From the NCBI RefSeq assembly GCF_000016745.1, contig NC_009483.1, forward strand, positions 5,010,001-5,042,000: a DNA stretch of 32,000 nt, read 5' to 3'. The stretch is from Geotalea uraniireducens Rf4 (lineage in GTDB: Bacteria; Desulfobacterota; Desulfuromonadia; Geobacterales; Geobacteraceae). The position numbers and the translations under genes are program-made. Positions 1 through 8,622 of the stretch are shown here, one piece after another (position 1 is the stretch's first letter; each line of letters starts with the position of its first letter). The notes beneath the pieces are model-generated. The model did not search any database and was not told where the DNA came from. It worked only from the letters and a program-made list of their open reading frames with translations.

Positions 1-275
1 TCATCGGCGAAAAAGAGTTTTCGATCCTTTTTCATGAAGGTGAAAAAGATAATCTGCATATATCCATCGTCGGCGGCAGAGTCATCCTTGTCGTCCTGTT
101 CGACAGTCGTTCCTCGCTCGGGCTGGTACGGCTTCGCGTCAAGAAAGCATCCGAAGAGTTAACCACCATCTTCTCAAGACTCATGCAGAAAGCAGAGGAA
201 AAGGAAAAAAGCGGTGACACGGATTTTCCCTTTGCCGAAATAACCGACGATGATATCGATAACCTGTTCAGTTAA
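1..275 (+). CDS. mglB: MglB (roadblock/LC7-family GTPase-activating partner of MglA), 5'-truncated by the window edge
   Basis: Hand translation in frame 3 gives ...IGEKEFSILFHEGEKDNLHISIVGGRVILVVLFDSRSSLGLVRLRVKKASEELTTIFSRLMQKAEEKEKSGDTDFPFAEITDDDIDNLFS, with stop TAA at 273-275. This is a roadblock/LC7-type sequence. It lies 20 nt upstream of mglA, the canonical mglBA arrangement. Confidence 0.8.
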   Translation, partial: IGEKEFSILFHEGEKDNLHISIVGGRVILVVLFDSRSSLGLVRLRVKKASEELTTIFSRLMQKAEEKEKSGDTDFPFAEITDDDIDNLFS

Positions 276-295
276 TTAATTTGGGGTAAAGTCAG

Positions 296-883
296 ATGTC
301 CTTCATCAACTACGCCTCCCGTGAGATAAACTGCAAAATCGTTTATTACGGTCCCGGCCTCTGCGGCAAAACAACTAATCTCCAGTTCGTCTACCAGAAG
401 ACCGCTCCCGAAGCAAAAGGCAAAATGATCAGTCTTGCCACGGAAACGGAACGAACTCTTTTTTTCGATTTTCTGCCGCTGGCTCTCGGTGAGATCAGGG
501 GATTCAAAACCCGCTTCCATCTTTACACCGTGCCGGGCCAGGTATTTTATGACGCCTCCAGAAAGCTCATCCTTAAAGGGGTTGATGGCGTGGTTTTCGT
601 TGCCGATTCACAGGAAGAGCGGATGGACGCCAATATGGAGTCAATTGAAAACCTCCGCATAAATCTTACCGAGCAGGGATACGATCTGGATAAAATCCCC
701 TACGTGATCCAGTACAACAAACGTGACCTCCCTAACGTTGTCAGCGTTGATGAATTGCGCAAAGAGCTGAATCCTGCCAACATTCCTGATTTTGAGGCCT
801 GCGCCACCACCGGCGAAGGCGTATTTGAAACTTTAAAGGCGGTCGCCAAACTGATACTGATCGATCTGAAAAAAGGAAAGTAA
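296..883 (+). CDS. mglA: MglA, Ras-like small GTPase (motility/polarity regulator)
   Basis: 195-aa ORF. It has the P-loop GPGLCGKTT, the switch region TLFFDF and TVPGQVFY, and NKRD specificity motifs. The N-terminus [19 protein letters not shown] is typical of MglA orthologues. Confidence 0.95.
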   Translation: MSFINYASREINCKIVYYGPGLCGKTTNLQFVYQKTAPEAKGKMISLATETERTLFFDFLPLALGEIRGFKTRFHLYTVPGQVFYDASRKLILKGVDGVVFVADSQEERMDANMESIENLRINLTEQGYDLDKIPYVIQYNKRDLPNVVSVDELRKELNPANIPDFEACATTGEGVFETLKAVAKLILIDLKKGK

Positions 884-931
884 AACCTCTCCAGTTCAGC
901 CGCCAGAGCTGCTGACTCACAAATTAACGAC

Positions 932-966
932 AAAAGCCCATGAGATTGCTTCTCATGGGCTTTTGT
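932..966. terminator. Bidirectional rho-independent terminator between convergent mglA and the ompA-like gene
   Basis: Perfect 10-bp stem gcccatgaga (936-945) / tctcatgggc (951-960) with a 5-nt loop. It is flanked by an A-run on the 5' side and a T-run on the 3' side. Confidence 0.65.
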
Positions 967-982
967 GTCTGATCCGTTCTAT

Positions 983-2347
983 TTACTTCTTGATAACGCA
1001 GTCGATGACCGCATTAATCCTTCTGTTTTTCTGCCTCCCCTCCGCTGTGTTGTTATAGGCGATGCGGCGGGTGAAGCCGTACCCCTTGGCAGAGAGACGG
1101 GAGCGTTCGATTCCGAAGTTTTCCACCAGGTAGTTCACCACGTTTTCAGCGCGCTCCTGGGAGAGTTTCATGTTGTACTCAGAGCCGCCGACGTTGTCGG
1201 TGTGCCCCTCGATAGCGGCGGTGGTCGTCGGGTATTTCTTCATGTAATCGCCGACCTTGGCGATTTCCTCACGGTACTGGGGCTTGATATCGGCCTTACC
1301 GGTGTCGAATTCCACCTGCAGCAACATGCAGAGCCGTTCGGGAGGCTGGATCTCCTTGACGTCGAAGGCGCAGTCGATAATGGCCTCGATGCGGCGGTTC
1401 AACTGCTTACCCTCGTTGGTGGAGTTGTCGGCGACGGGACGTGTGAGGCCATATCCTTTGGCGGAGAGGCGGGAGTTCTCAATGCCGAATTTTTCCACCA
1501 GGTAGTTCACAACGCTCTCGGCGCGGCGCTGGGAGAGTCCCATGTTGTACTCGGCGGTGCCGACGTTGTCGGTGTGCCCTTCGATGACGGTGGTGGTTGT
1601 CGGGTATTTCTTCATGAAATCACCGACCTTTGCCACCTCGTCATGGTATTCCGGCCGGATGTCGGCCTTGTCGATGTCGAACTCGATATGGAGCGTGATG
1701 CAGTATTTGTAGCGGCCGGGAGTAGGTTCAGCGGCCGGAACCGGTTCGAGCGGGGCTTCCGGGGCCGGTTCTACGACGGGCGGCGGCACGGGCGCGGGAG
1801 CCGGCTTTTCCCCTCCGAACTGATAGGCGACGCCGGCGGTGTATTCATAATTGTAGAGGGTCTCGCCACTGTCCCTGAAGACCAAGTGCCGGAAATCACC
1901 GCGCAGTGCCAGGTTGTCGGTCAGGAAGTACTTGAGCCCCACCCCGTAGTCGAAGACACCATGGTTATTTGTTTTCTGGTTCTCCCGGTCAAGGGTGAGT
2001 CCGCCGTAACCTGCCGCCAGATAGGGGACCAGGTCGCTGTCGGGCAAGATATGCAGCAGGACATCACCGCCATAGCGGTACACATTGGCATCGCCAAGAC
2101 CGGCCCGGGTCCCCTCCGTTCGTACGTAGTCGAACAGCGCCTCGACACCGACATACTTGGTGAAATTGTAGCCGCCGCGGATGCCGACGACAGGCCTCGT
2201 CTCCAGGTGTTGTTTGCCGTCGAAGCTGTACCCGCCGACAATGCCGGAAAGGGTAAAGGAATCGGGCTGGATACCGGCAGCAGCGGCTGTTGATGCAATA
2301 ACGAAAAGGAACAGCAGAACCATCAGGTAGCAGGAAATCTTTTTCAT
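983..2347 (-). CDS. OmpA-family outer-membrane protein: N-terminal beta-barrel, Pro-rich linker and two tandem OmpA_C peptidoglycan-binding domains
   Basis: I moved the start from 2521 in the ORF track to the ATG at 2347. That start gives MKKISCYLMVLLFLFVIASTAAAAG, a signal peptide, and is preceded by AAGGAGGAG. The protein has a beta-barrel region with alternating aromatic residues, a linker GEKPAPAPVPPPVVEPAPEAPLEPVPAAEPTPG, and two copies of the IEGHTDNVG...YN..LSQ.RAE.V.NYL...RL.AKGYG...N.T.EG...NRRI motif. Confidence 0.85.
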   Translation of the reverse strand: MKKISCYLMVLLFLFVIASTAAAAGIQPDSFTLSGIVGGYSFDGKQHLETRPVVGIRGGYNFTKYVGVEALFDYVRTEGTRAGLGDANVYRYGGDVLLHILPDSDLVPYLAAGYGGLTLDRENQKTNNHGVFDYGVGLKYFLTDNLALRGDFRHLVFRDSGETLYNYEYTAGVAYQFGGEKPAPAPVPPPVVEPAPEAPLEPVPAAEPTPGRYKYCITLHIEFDIDKADIRPEYHDEVAKVGDFMKKYPTTTTVIEGHTDNVGTAEYNMGLSQRRAESVVNYLVEKFGIENSRLSAKGYGLTRPVADNSTNEGKQLNRRIEAIIDCAFDVKEIQPPERLCMLLQVEFDTGKADIKPQYREEIAKVGDYMKKYPTTTAAIEGHTDNVGGSEYNMKLSQERAENVVNYLVENFGIERSRLSAKGYGFTRRIAYNNTAEGRQKNRRINAVIDCVIKK

Positions 2348-2554
2348 GGAGCTCCTCCTTAGTGATAAAGTGTCCCGGGCGTGAAACCTCACCCTGGGTA
2401 GATTCAGGCTGACACATGCAATGTGAGCAGCTTTCGGCGTTGTCGGCAACCGTGAGACGCGTTTCGGCAATCTTCGGAGATCGGACTCGGACCACACTGA
2501 TGAAAACATTTTTTTCAACATGCCAGATGCACTTACCGTCTTCTTTATTTAAAA

Positions 2555-2582
2555 ATATTAATCCACTAACGACCGATGTCAA
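2555..2582 (-). promoter_or_regulatory. Candidate sigma70-type promoter for the ompA-like gene
   Basis: On the minus strand there is TTGACA (2582-2577), a 16-nt spacer and TAATAT (2560-2555). This would give a ~200-nt leader to the ATG at 2347. The call is sequence pattern only. Confidence 0.4.
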
Positions 2583-2668
2583 ATATTTAAATTATGATTG
2601 CACAATGGGTACGTATCGTTAACCGCAGCCCGAGCCGCTGGTTGGACTCATTGCACAACCGTCCATGA

Positions 2669-5600
2669 CTAGTCTGCCGCAAACCCGAACTCGACCCGGC
2701 TCCCGCGTTCCGTCTCCTTCGCCGGCGTCTTGTAAATGTCCCCTCTCTTCTGGAAGACCCGCACAGAATCCGCTCCACCCTTCTCGACGAGAAACGCCCT
2801 GACCCCTGCAGCCCTGGCTTCAGCCAGGCTTTGCAGCTGCTGCTCGCCCACGGCAGTGTTCGCCAGGATCAGCTTCTTCATCTCGGCGTCGGGAAGCTCC
2901 TTGACCAGCCCGAGGATGTTCCGCGGCTTGGGAAATTTCTCCTTGGCGTAGACAGCCTTCAGATATTGTGCATACTCCTCGGGGGCGATCTGCATCGTCT
3001 CCTGGGAATCACCCGGCTGGTTCCTCTTCCCCTTTACCATGTCCATGAACTTCTCGGCGCGCATCTTTTTCAGGAGAAGCTCATTCCGATACCCTTCGGC
3101 GTCACGGTCCCTGTCCACGAATCCAACAACTTCGAGCTTCAACGTCGGCCTGTCTTTGAGCGCCGTAGCCAATTTAAGCAGCTTTTCCTGCTCACCGGCG
3201 GAAAGCTCTGCTGAGCCATGGGCGAAGTCGACGCTGCCCAAGTCCTCTTTCCAGCCAAACAACGACTGGAGCAGGGCAAAGGGGGAGGTCGCCGCCTTAA
3301 CGAGGAGATTCTTCAGTATCCGGAGCACCACACGCCAGACACTGAACTGCGGGTCGTCGGTCCGCCCCGACACCGGGAGGTCGAGGCGGATCTCCCCCTT
3401 CCGGTCCTTGAGAAGGGCGACAGCGAGGCGAACCGGAAGGTTGGTCGCCTTGTCGCTTTCGATGCGCTTGCCGAAGTTAAGCTGGTCGATGACGACCTTG
3501 TTCTCCGAATCGAGCTTCCTGTTCTCGATCCGGTATTTGAGGTCGAGGTACAGTTTACCCTTGTCCACCGCGTAGCCGAGGTATGTTCCCGAGTAGGGGG
3601 TCATGGGAGAGAGTTCGATGTCGGTGAAGCTCGCCTTGAGGTCGGCGTAGAGGTCGTCCCGCAGGGGGTTGATTTGCCCGGTGATCCTGAGTGGGGACTG
3701 GTTCTCCAGGTTGCCGCGCAGGTCCACGTCGGCAAAGCGGTTCTCTTCGGAGGAGAGTCCGCTTATCCGCCCCCCCAGGTTGTAGAGGATCGTGGAATAC
3801 TCGCGCGGCACGTACCGGTCGGTAAAGGCAAGGGTGCCATCCTGCATGGTGACTGTGTCGATTCGGACCAGTCGCCCCTTCCCTCCGGTCGGCGCTTCTG
3901 CATGGAGTGACGAGGCCGGCGTAGATTGCGATTTCCCTTCCGGTTCCGGCGTGTAGAGCTGCTGGATGTTGAGGGTCCCGTCCTTTTCAACGACGATCCG
4001 GGAATAAAACCTGGTGAGGGCCACATCTCTGATTTCAAGCACAAAGGGGGCAAGGTTTCCCTTCACCATGTCCAGTTGGAGACTCTCCCATTTCAGGAGG
4101 TCCTCCCCCTCGGCATCGAGGCAGTAGAAGGAGCGGACGCCTACCGATCCGTCGAACGTGCCGGTCAGGCTATTTTCCCTGGCAGCAAGAGTAACGGCAA
4201 GACGGGCATCGACCTTGCCGTCCGCCACGACCACGTTGAGGTTCTCCGGGAGATAGGGGGCGAAGTCGGTGAGCGGAATCCGTTGCACAGCCACCTCCCC
4301 CCTCAGCTTCAGCGGGATCGGGGTGACGCTGCCGGAAGCCCTGAGCGAGCCTCCCTGCGCATATGCAGCCGACATCCTGAAGGGGATCGGGCCAAAGGTC
4401 GGGCCGGTGAGCTTATCCAAGGTAAAGGCCATCTTTTTGAGGACGAAACTCGGACGCTCCTCCAGAAGCCCATCCGTAAAGACGATGTTCATCCCCGCCC
4501 CGGAGACGCGTCCGATCCTGTAGGAGAGTGGCGGTTTCGCCCCCTTTTCTCCTCTCGACGTCCCCTCCCCATCGTCGCGCAGAAAAGTTTTCGGTGAGAA
4601 CGTCCCCTTCTGGTCACGGGAGAACCGGAGATCGCCATCCCGGAGAGTAACGTCTGCCACTTCCAACAGGTTATCCTGCTGACTGAACCTCCCCCCGGCA
4701 AGGGAGAGCGACGCCAGGGTCATCCCCTCCCCCTTCCCGAACGGCGCTGAAAGCTTCTGTGCCTGGAGGGCTACCTTCTCCAGCTTCAACCCCTCCGGCC
4801 CGCCGAAGTCCACGTCGGCGGCGACCTGGAGCCTCCCCTCCACCGGTGCGCGCAGAATCGGGGCGATGTATGGGTAGTAGGTCTCAAGCGCCATTCCGGT
4901 AAACTCGACCGACGAAGAGGTTGCCGGCGGCTCGGGGGAGAACTTCCCCTTCATGCGCCCCCTCTCCCCTCGCGGCGTTGCAAAGGAGAGGGAATAGTCC
5001 GCCCGCTTCCCCGGAGCGGTGGAGTACCCCTGCATGTCGAAGACGATTCGCTCCAGGTCGGCTGTGAACCCGCCGGAAGGGAGGCTGTCGCGAAAGTGGA
5101 CCCGTCCGTTTTTGAGCCGCGTATCCGCCACGGTGACGAGCACCCTCTGGCGCTTGGCAGCGGCAGGTGAAGCCTTGCCGACGAGTCGGCTGTGGCTCCA
5201 GACCCCCTTTTTGTCACGCGATAGAAAAACCTCCAATCCGTCGGCGGAGACGGAGGAGATGTCGTACTCCCCCGTCAGGAGCCGGGCACGGGTTATCCCC
5301 GCGTCGAGCCTGGCCAGGGACAGGAAAGGGGCGCCGGTCCGGTCAGCGACCTTAATGCCGGCAAGCGTCACGTTGCCGTTAAACGCCAACTCCGGGTTTT
5401 CCTTCTGCGCCGCCCGGTAGTTCACCGACAGCTTCGTCGACATCCGCCCCGATTCGACCCGGATCGGAAGTTCTCCCGGGACATAGGCAAGATAAAAGGG
5501 AAGGGCGATATCTTTCAGGTCGACGGTTGCGGATGCTTCGACAGCCTTGGGAAATGGCCTGAGCTTTCCCTCCACATGGAGCGGCGCGCCGTTCACCACG

Positions 5601-6178
5601 GCGCTGAAGCGAGGGGTGATGTAACGGTCGGCAAGATACGGAATGGTAGTGACAAATGGGATGGTCAGCTCGACCTTGCGCAACGCATGCAGTTTCTCGA
5701 CGGGAAGCCCACGGTCGATGAAGTCGATGGAACCATTGGTTACCGCGATATTGTTGAGGGAAAAGCGGGGCAACCCCTCTTCCGGCCCTTTCTTCTTTTT
5801 ACCTCCCAAGAGGTCCGAGAAACTGTAGGTGTTCGCCCCCGTCCTGACGATGCGGAGATAGGGTGAGGTTATGCGGGCTTCTGAGATAATCGGCGCCTCC
5901 CGGAATATGGATGAGGGACTTATGGCGATCCGGACGCTACTGAATGCGGCAAAGGTCTCCCCTCCCCTTCGCTCGGAAAGGCGGAAGTCTCGAACAACCA
6001 CCGTCCAGACAAATGGGTTGATGGAAATCCCGCCAATGGCGAGCTTCCTGCCGGTCGCCGCCTCCACCCTCTTCACCGCCTGGCTTTTGACGATGCCGGG
6101 TAGCGCAAACGCGACGAAACACACCAGAAGAAGCACGATACCGACCGTCAGGAGCGCAGCTTTCTGCCAGCGTTTCAT
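2669..6178 (-). CDS. DUF748 domain-containing large envelope protein (AsmA/TamB-like clan), N-terminally membrane-anchored
   Basis: 1169-aa ORF. There is a single N-terminal TM helix (AALLTVGIVLLLVCFVAFALPGIV). The following repetitive beta-rich sequence recalls the DUF748/AsmA-like families. The C-terminal segment VDFAHGSAELSAGEQEKLLKLATALKDRPTLKLEVVGFVD resembles an OmpA/MotB-like module. RBS GGGAGAG lies upstream of the ATG at 6178. Confidence 0.7.
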   Translation of the reverse strand: MKRWQKAALLTVGIVLLLVCFVAFALPGIVKSQAVKRVEAATGRKLAIGGISINPFVWTVVVRDFRLSERRGGETFAAFSSVRIAISPSSIFREAPIISEARITSPYLRIVRTGANTYSFSDLLGGKKKKGPEEGLPRFSLNNIAVTNGSIDFIDRGLPVEKLHALRKVELTIPFVTTIPYLADRYITPRFSAVVNGAPLHVEGKLRPFPKAVEASATVDLKDIALPFYLAYVPGELPIRVESGRMSTKLSVNYRAAQKENPELAFNGNVTLAGIKVADRTGAPFLSLARLDAGITRARLLTGEYDISSVSADGLEVFLSRDKKGVWSHSRLVGKASPAAAKRQRVLVTVADTRLKNGRVHFRDSLPSGGFTADLERIVFDMQGYSTAPGKRADYSLSFATPRGERGRMKGKFSPEPPATSSSVEFTGMALETYYPYIAPILRAPVEGRLQVAADVDFGGPEGLKLEKVALQAQKLSAPFGKGEGMTLASLSLAGGRFSQQDNLLEVADVTLRDGDLRFSRDQKGTFSPKTFLRDDGEGTSRGEKGAKPPLSYRIGRVSGAGMNIVFTDGLLEERPSFVLKKMAFTLDKLTGPTFGPIPFRMSAAYAQGGSLRASGSVTPIPLKLRGEVAVQRIPLTDFAPYLPENLNVVVADGKVDARLAVTLAARENSLTGTFDGSVGVRSFYCLDAEGEDLLKWESLQLDMVKGNLAPFVLEIRDVALTRFYSRIVVEKDGTLNIQQLYTPEPEGKSQSTPASSLHAEAPTGGKGRLVRIDTVTMQDGTLAFTDRYVPREYSTILYNLGGRISGLSSEENRFADVDLRGNLENQSPLRITGQINPLRDDLYADLKASFTDIELSPMTPYSGTYLGYAVDKGKLYLDLKYRIENRKLDSENKVVIDQLNFGKRIESDKATNLPVRLAVALLKDRKGEIRLDLPVSGRTDDPQFSVWRVVLRILKNLLVKAATSPFALLQSLFGWKEDLGSVDFAHGSAELSAGEQEKLLKLATALKDRPTLKLEVVGFVDRDRDAEGYRNELLLKKMRAEKFMDMVKGKRNQPGDSQETMQIAPEEYAQYLKAVYAKEKFPKPRNILGLVKELPDAEMKKLILANTAVGEQQLQSLAEARAAGVRAFLVEKGGADSVRVFQKRGDIYKTPAKETERGSRVEFGFAAD

Positions 6179-6208
6179 AGTCTCTCCCTATTTCCCATCC
6201 CCATCTCC

Positions 6209-7705
6209 TCAGAAAGTCCCGCTCCCCCTGATCTTCTCGGCAACCTTCCTGAAATGGAACCCGTATATGGCATAGGTTATGGCAAGCGGAAATAGCCGCG
6301 GCCGCCTCGCGAGAGCCCAGAAGAAGAGCTTCCAGAAGTGAAGCCTCTCCCTGCCGATCACCCCGAGAAACAGTATCGATTTGCAGAGTGCCCCGACATA
6401 CCCCGGCTGGATGTGAAATTTCCCCAGATGCAGCGGCCGATACTCCCGAAGGAGCCTGATCACCCGCTGGTAGTAGTTTTTGGGAGAGTAGATGGTGTCG
6501 AGGATGGTCCGATAGCCGTCGATCAGTACCGTTGGCTCCATTCGTGGAACAAAGTTGAGGGCGATGGCCATGTTGTTGCCGGAGGTGTCCCCCAGAAGTC
6601 TCCCCTCCCGGTGCAGTCGCTGATATAGCCTTGTGCCGCGCAAGGCGATAAGCATCCCGACCATGGCGGTGACGATGCCGCTCTCCTGGATGAAACAGAT
6701 CTGCCTGTCGAAGATCGCAGGCGGATCGCTGTCGAAGCCGACGATGAACCCCCCGTGCACCTGCAAGCCGGCTTGCTGCATCCGCTTTACCGAGGCCAGC
6801 ATGTCACGGTTCCTGTTCTGCACCTTGCCGCTCTCGGCAAGGCCATCCTCGTGGGGGGTCTCGATGCCGATAAAGACCTCCTCGAACCCCGCCCTGACCA
6901 TCAACTCCATGAGACAACCGTCGTCGGCAAGGTCGATGGACGCCTCGGTGTAAAAGTAGAACGGACGCCCTTTTTCCTCCATCCAGTCGATCAAAGCAGG
7001 GAGAACCTCCTCTTTCAGTTTCACCCGGTCACCGATGAAGTTATCGTCGACGATGAAGATCGCCCCGTGCCACCCCAGCGCATGGAGACTATCCAGCTCG
7101 GTGATCAGCTGCGAAAGCCGCTTGGTGCGCGGCTTTCGTCCGAACAAACCGGTGATGTCGCAGAACTCGCAATCGAAGGGGCACCCGCGGGAATACTGGA
7201 TGTTCATGGCCGCGTATTTCCTGACATCAATCAAGCCCCAGAGCGGTATGGGAGTCTCCACCAGGTTCGCCCGGCGCTCGTCGGCATAGAGATGCCGGGC
7301 CTCCCCTTTGCGCAGATCCTCCAGAAACGGAGGGAGGGTTAGTTCCGCCTCATTCAGCACAAGGTGGTCCACGTCGGGAAAATCCTCATGGCAGGTGGTA
7401 AAGAGCGGCCCGCCGGCAACGGTCTTAACCCCCAGTTGCCGGCAACGGGCGATCACCTCCTGCGCCGATTTCCTCTGGATGGTCATGGCGCTGATGAAAA
7501 CGTAATCTGCCCACGCCAGGTCCTCATCGGCGAGGGGACGGACGTTCATGTCGACAAGCCTCTTTTCCCACTCGACCGGAAGCATGGCAGCCACGGTGAG
7601 AAGCCCCAAGGGGGGAAAGCTCGCCTTCCTGTCGATGAATTTCAAGGCATGCCTGAAGCTCCAGAAAGTGTCCGGATAGTGGGGATACACGAGGAGAATT
7701 TTCAT
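6209..7705 (-). CDS. B12-binding domain-containing radical SAM protein (class B, with DUF4070-like C-terminus)
   Basis: The N-terminal cobalamin-binding-like region is KILLVYPHYP...PLGLLTVAAML...VFISAMT. The radical SAM cluster motif is SRGCPFDCEFCDI (CxxxCxxC). The start is ambiguous. The ATG at 7705 (MKILLV) has an AGGA about 8 nt upstream. The ORF-track ATG at 7714 has no usable spacing. Confidence 0.85.
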   Translation of the reverse strand: MKILLVYPHYPDTFWSFRHALKFIDRKASFPPLGLLTVAAMLPVEWEKRLVDMNVRPLADEDLAWADYVFISAMTIQRKSAQEVIARCRQLGVKTVAGGPLFTTCHEDFPDVDHLVLNEAELTLPPFLEDLRKGEARHLYADERRANLVETPIPLWGLIDVRKYAAMNIQYSRGCPFDCEFCDITGLFGRKPRTKRLSQLITELDSLHALGWHGAIFIVDDNFIGDRVKLKEEVLPALIDWMEEKGRPFYFYTEASIDLADDGCLMELMVRAGFEEVFIGIETPHEDGLAESGKVQNRNRDMLASVKRMQQAGLQVHGGFIVGFDSDPPAIFDRQICFIQESGIVTAMVGMLIALRGTRLYQRLHREGRLLGDTSGNNMAIALNFVPRMEPTVLIDGYRTILDTIYSPKNYYQRVIRLLREYRPLHLGKFHIQPGYVGALCKSILFLGVIGRERLHFWKLFFWALARRPRLFPLAITYAIYGFHFRKVAEKIRGSGTF

Positions 7706-7721
7706 GTGAGTCATCCTGTAG

Positions 7722-7844
7722 TTCCAATTTCAAATCAAGGATGAAATCAAGGCGGCGAGGAGTGAGGCGACGAAGGCGTACAGATAGTACGTTGAGGAGC
7801 CGAAGACGAGCCAGCGAAGATAGCGCCTTGATTTGGAATTGGAA
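7722..7844 (-). promoter_or_regulatory. Structured 5' leader of the radical SAM gene with mutually exclusive pairings
   Basis: The segment 7824-7844 (cgccttgatttggaattggaa) can pair in two ways. It is complementary to 7722-7740 (18/19), which abuts the RBS and start. It is also complementary to 7744-7754 (11/11). AAATCAAGG occurs twice, at 7732-7740 and 7744-7752. Confidence 0.3.
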
Positions 7845-8109
7845 TATATGCAAGAAAATGTCTGATACAATTGTATAGCTATTTATGTGGTTTGGTTTTT
7901 ACCGATGTAATTTTTTTGTAAAAGGTGGGCGAGCTCTGACTTCAGCTGATTACCGCTGCAAAGATCATCATGGGATAGGGAGACAGAGTTTGGAGAGAGG
8001 AAGGAAAGCGTCTGGGAGATCGCTCGAATTTCCGGACATATAACCTGTGCAGCGGTTGAAATTTGTTATAGTTGTAGTGAAGCCATTTTGATCGCCATGA
8101 GGTTATATC

Positions 8110-8622
8110 ATGTCAGAAAAAACATCAGTCGGTGAAGAAACGCTCCGCATCCGGGGGATAACCATCGACGATTTTCCGGAGGTCTTCCATATCGGCGAGG
8201 AGATCTTTACCGCCGAGTATTCCCAGAGCCTTTACCGCACCTGGGACGAATACGAGATCATCACCCTCTTCAATTCGGACAGCGAACTGTGCCTGGTGGC
8301 GGAAGCCGGGGACAAGATTCTCGGGTTTGCCCTGGGGACAACGGTGGACAAGCACAATTCGCCGTGGAAATACGGCTACCTGGTCTGGCTGGGGGTCCGC
8401 AGGAATATTCAGCAAGGGGGCGTAGGAAGTGGGTTGTTCAAGGAAATCAAGCGCCGCATGAAGGAACAGGGGGTACGGATGATCATCATCGACACCTCCG
8501 CCGACAATCAGCCGGCCATCCGCTTCTTCCAGAAACAGGGTTTCGGCAACATCCAAGAGCACGTGTACATGTCCCTCAACCTGACGCGCAAGGCGAAGAA
8601 TAAGCCTGGGAAGAAGCCATGA
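8110..8622 (+). CDS. GNAT-family N-acetyltransferase
   Basis: 170-aa ORF with the acetyl-CoA-binding motif region LGVRRNIQQGGVGSGLFKEI and the C-terminal NQPAIRFFQKQGF typical of GNAT motifs A/B. Confidence 0.85.
   Translation: MSEKTSVGEETLRIRGITIDDFPEVFHIGEEIFTAEYSQSLYRTWDEYEIITLFNSDSELCLVAEAGDKILGFALGTTVDKHNSPWKYGYLVWLGVRRNIQQGGVGSGLFKEIKRRMKEQGVRMIIIDTSADNQPAIRFFQKQGFGNIQEHVYMSLNLTRKAKNKPGKKP

Noticed and set aside
965-2293. 442-aa plus-strand ORF antisense to the ompA-like gene
   Set aside because: It is a Gly/Val/Asp-rich, low-complexity translation of the reverse strand of a well-supported OmpA-family gene. It has no RBS or recognisable motifs. This is a typical shadow ORF in high-GC DNA.
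2348-2521. N-terminal 58-aa extension of the OmpA ORF. Similar 5' extensions occur on the IclR ORF (25405-25491) and the 144-aa ORF (28544-28597).
   Set aside because: The internal ATGs give canonical signal peptides or N-termini and have strong Shine-Dalgarno sequences. The extensions are basic, non-conserved-looking and lack an RBS.
2597-2658. 9-nt direct repeat ATTGCACAA (2597-2605 and 2650-2658) upstream of the candidate ompA promoter
   Set aside because: It could be a pair of regulator half-sites. However, two copies of a 9-mer in AT-rich intergenic DNA are too weak to call without comparative data.
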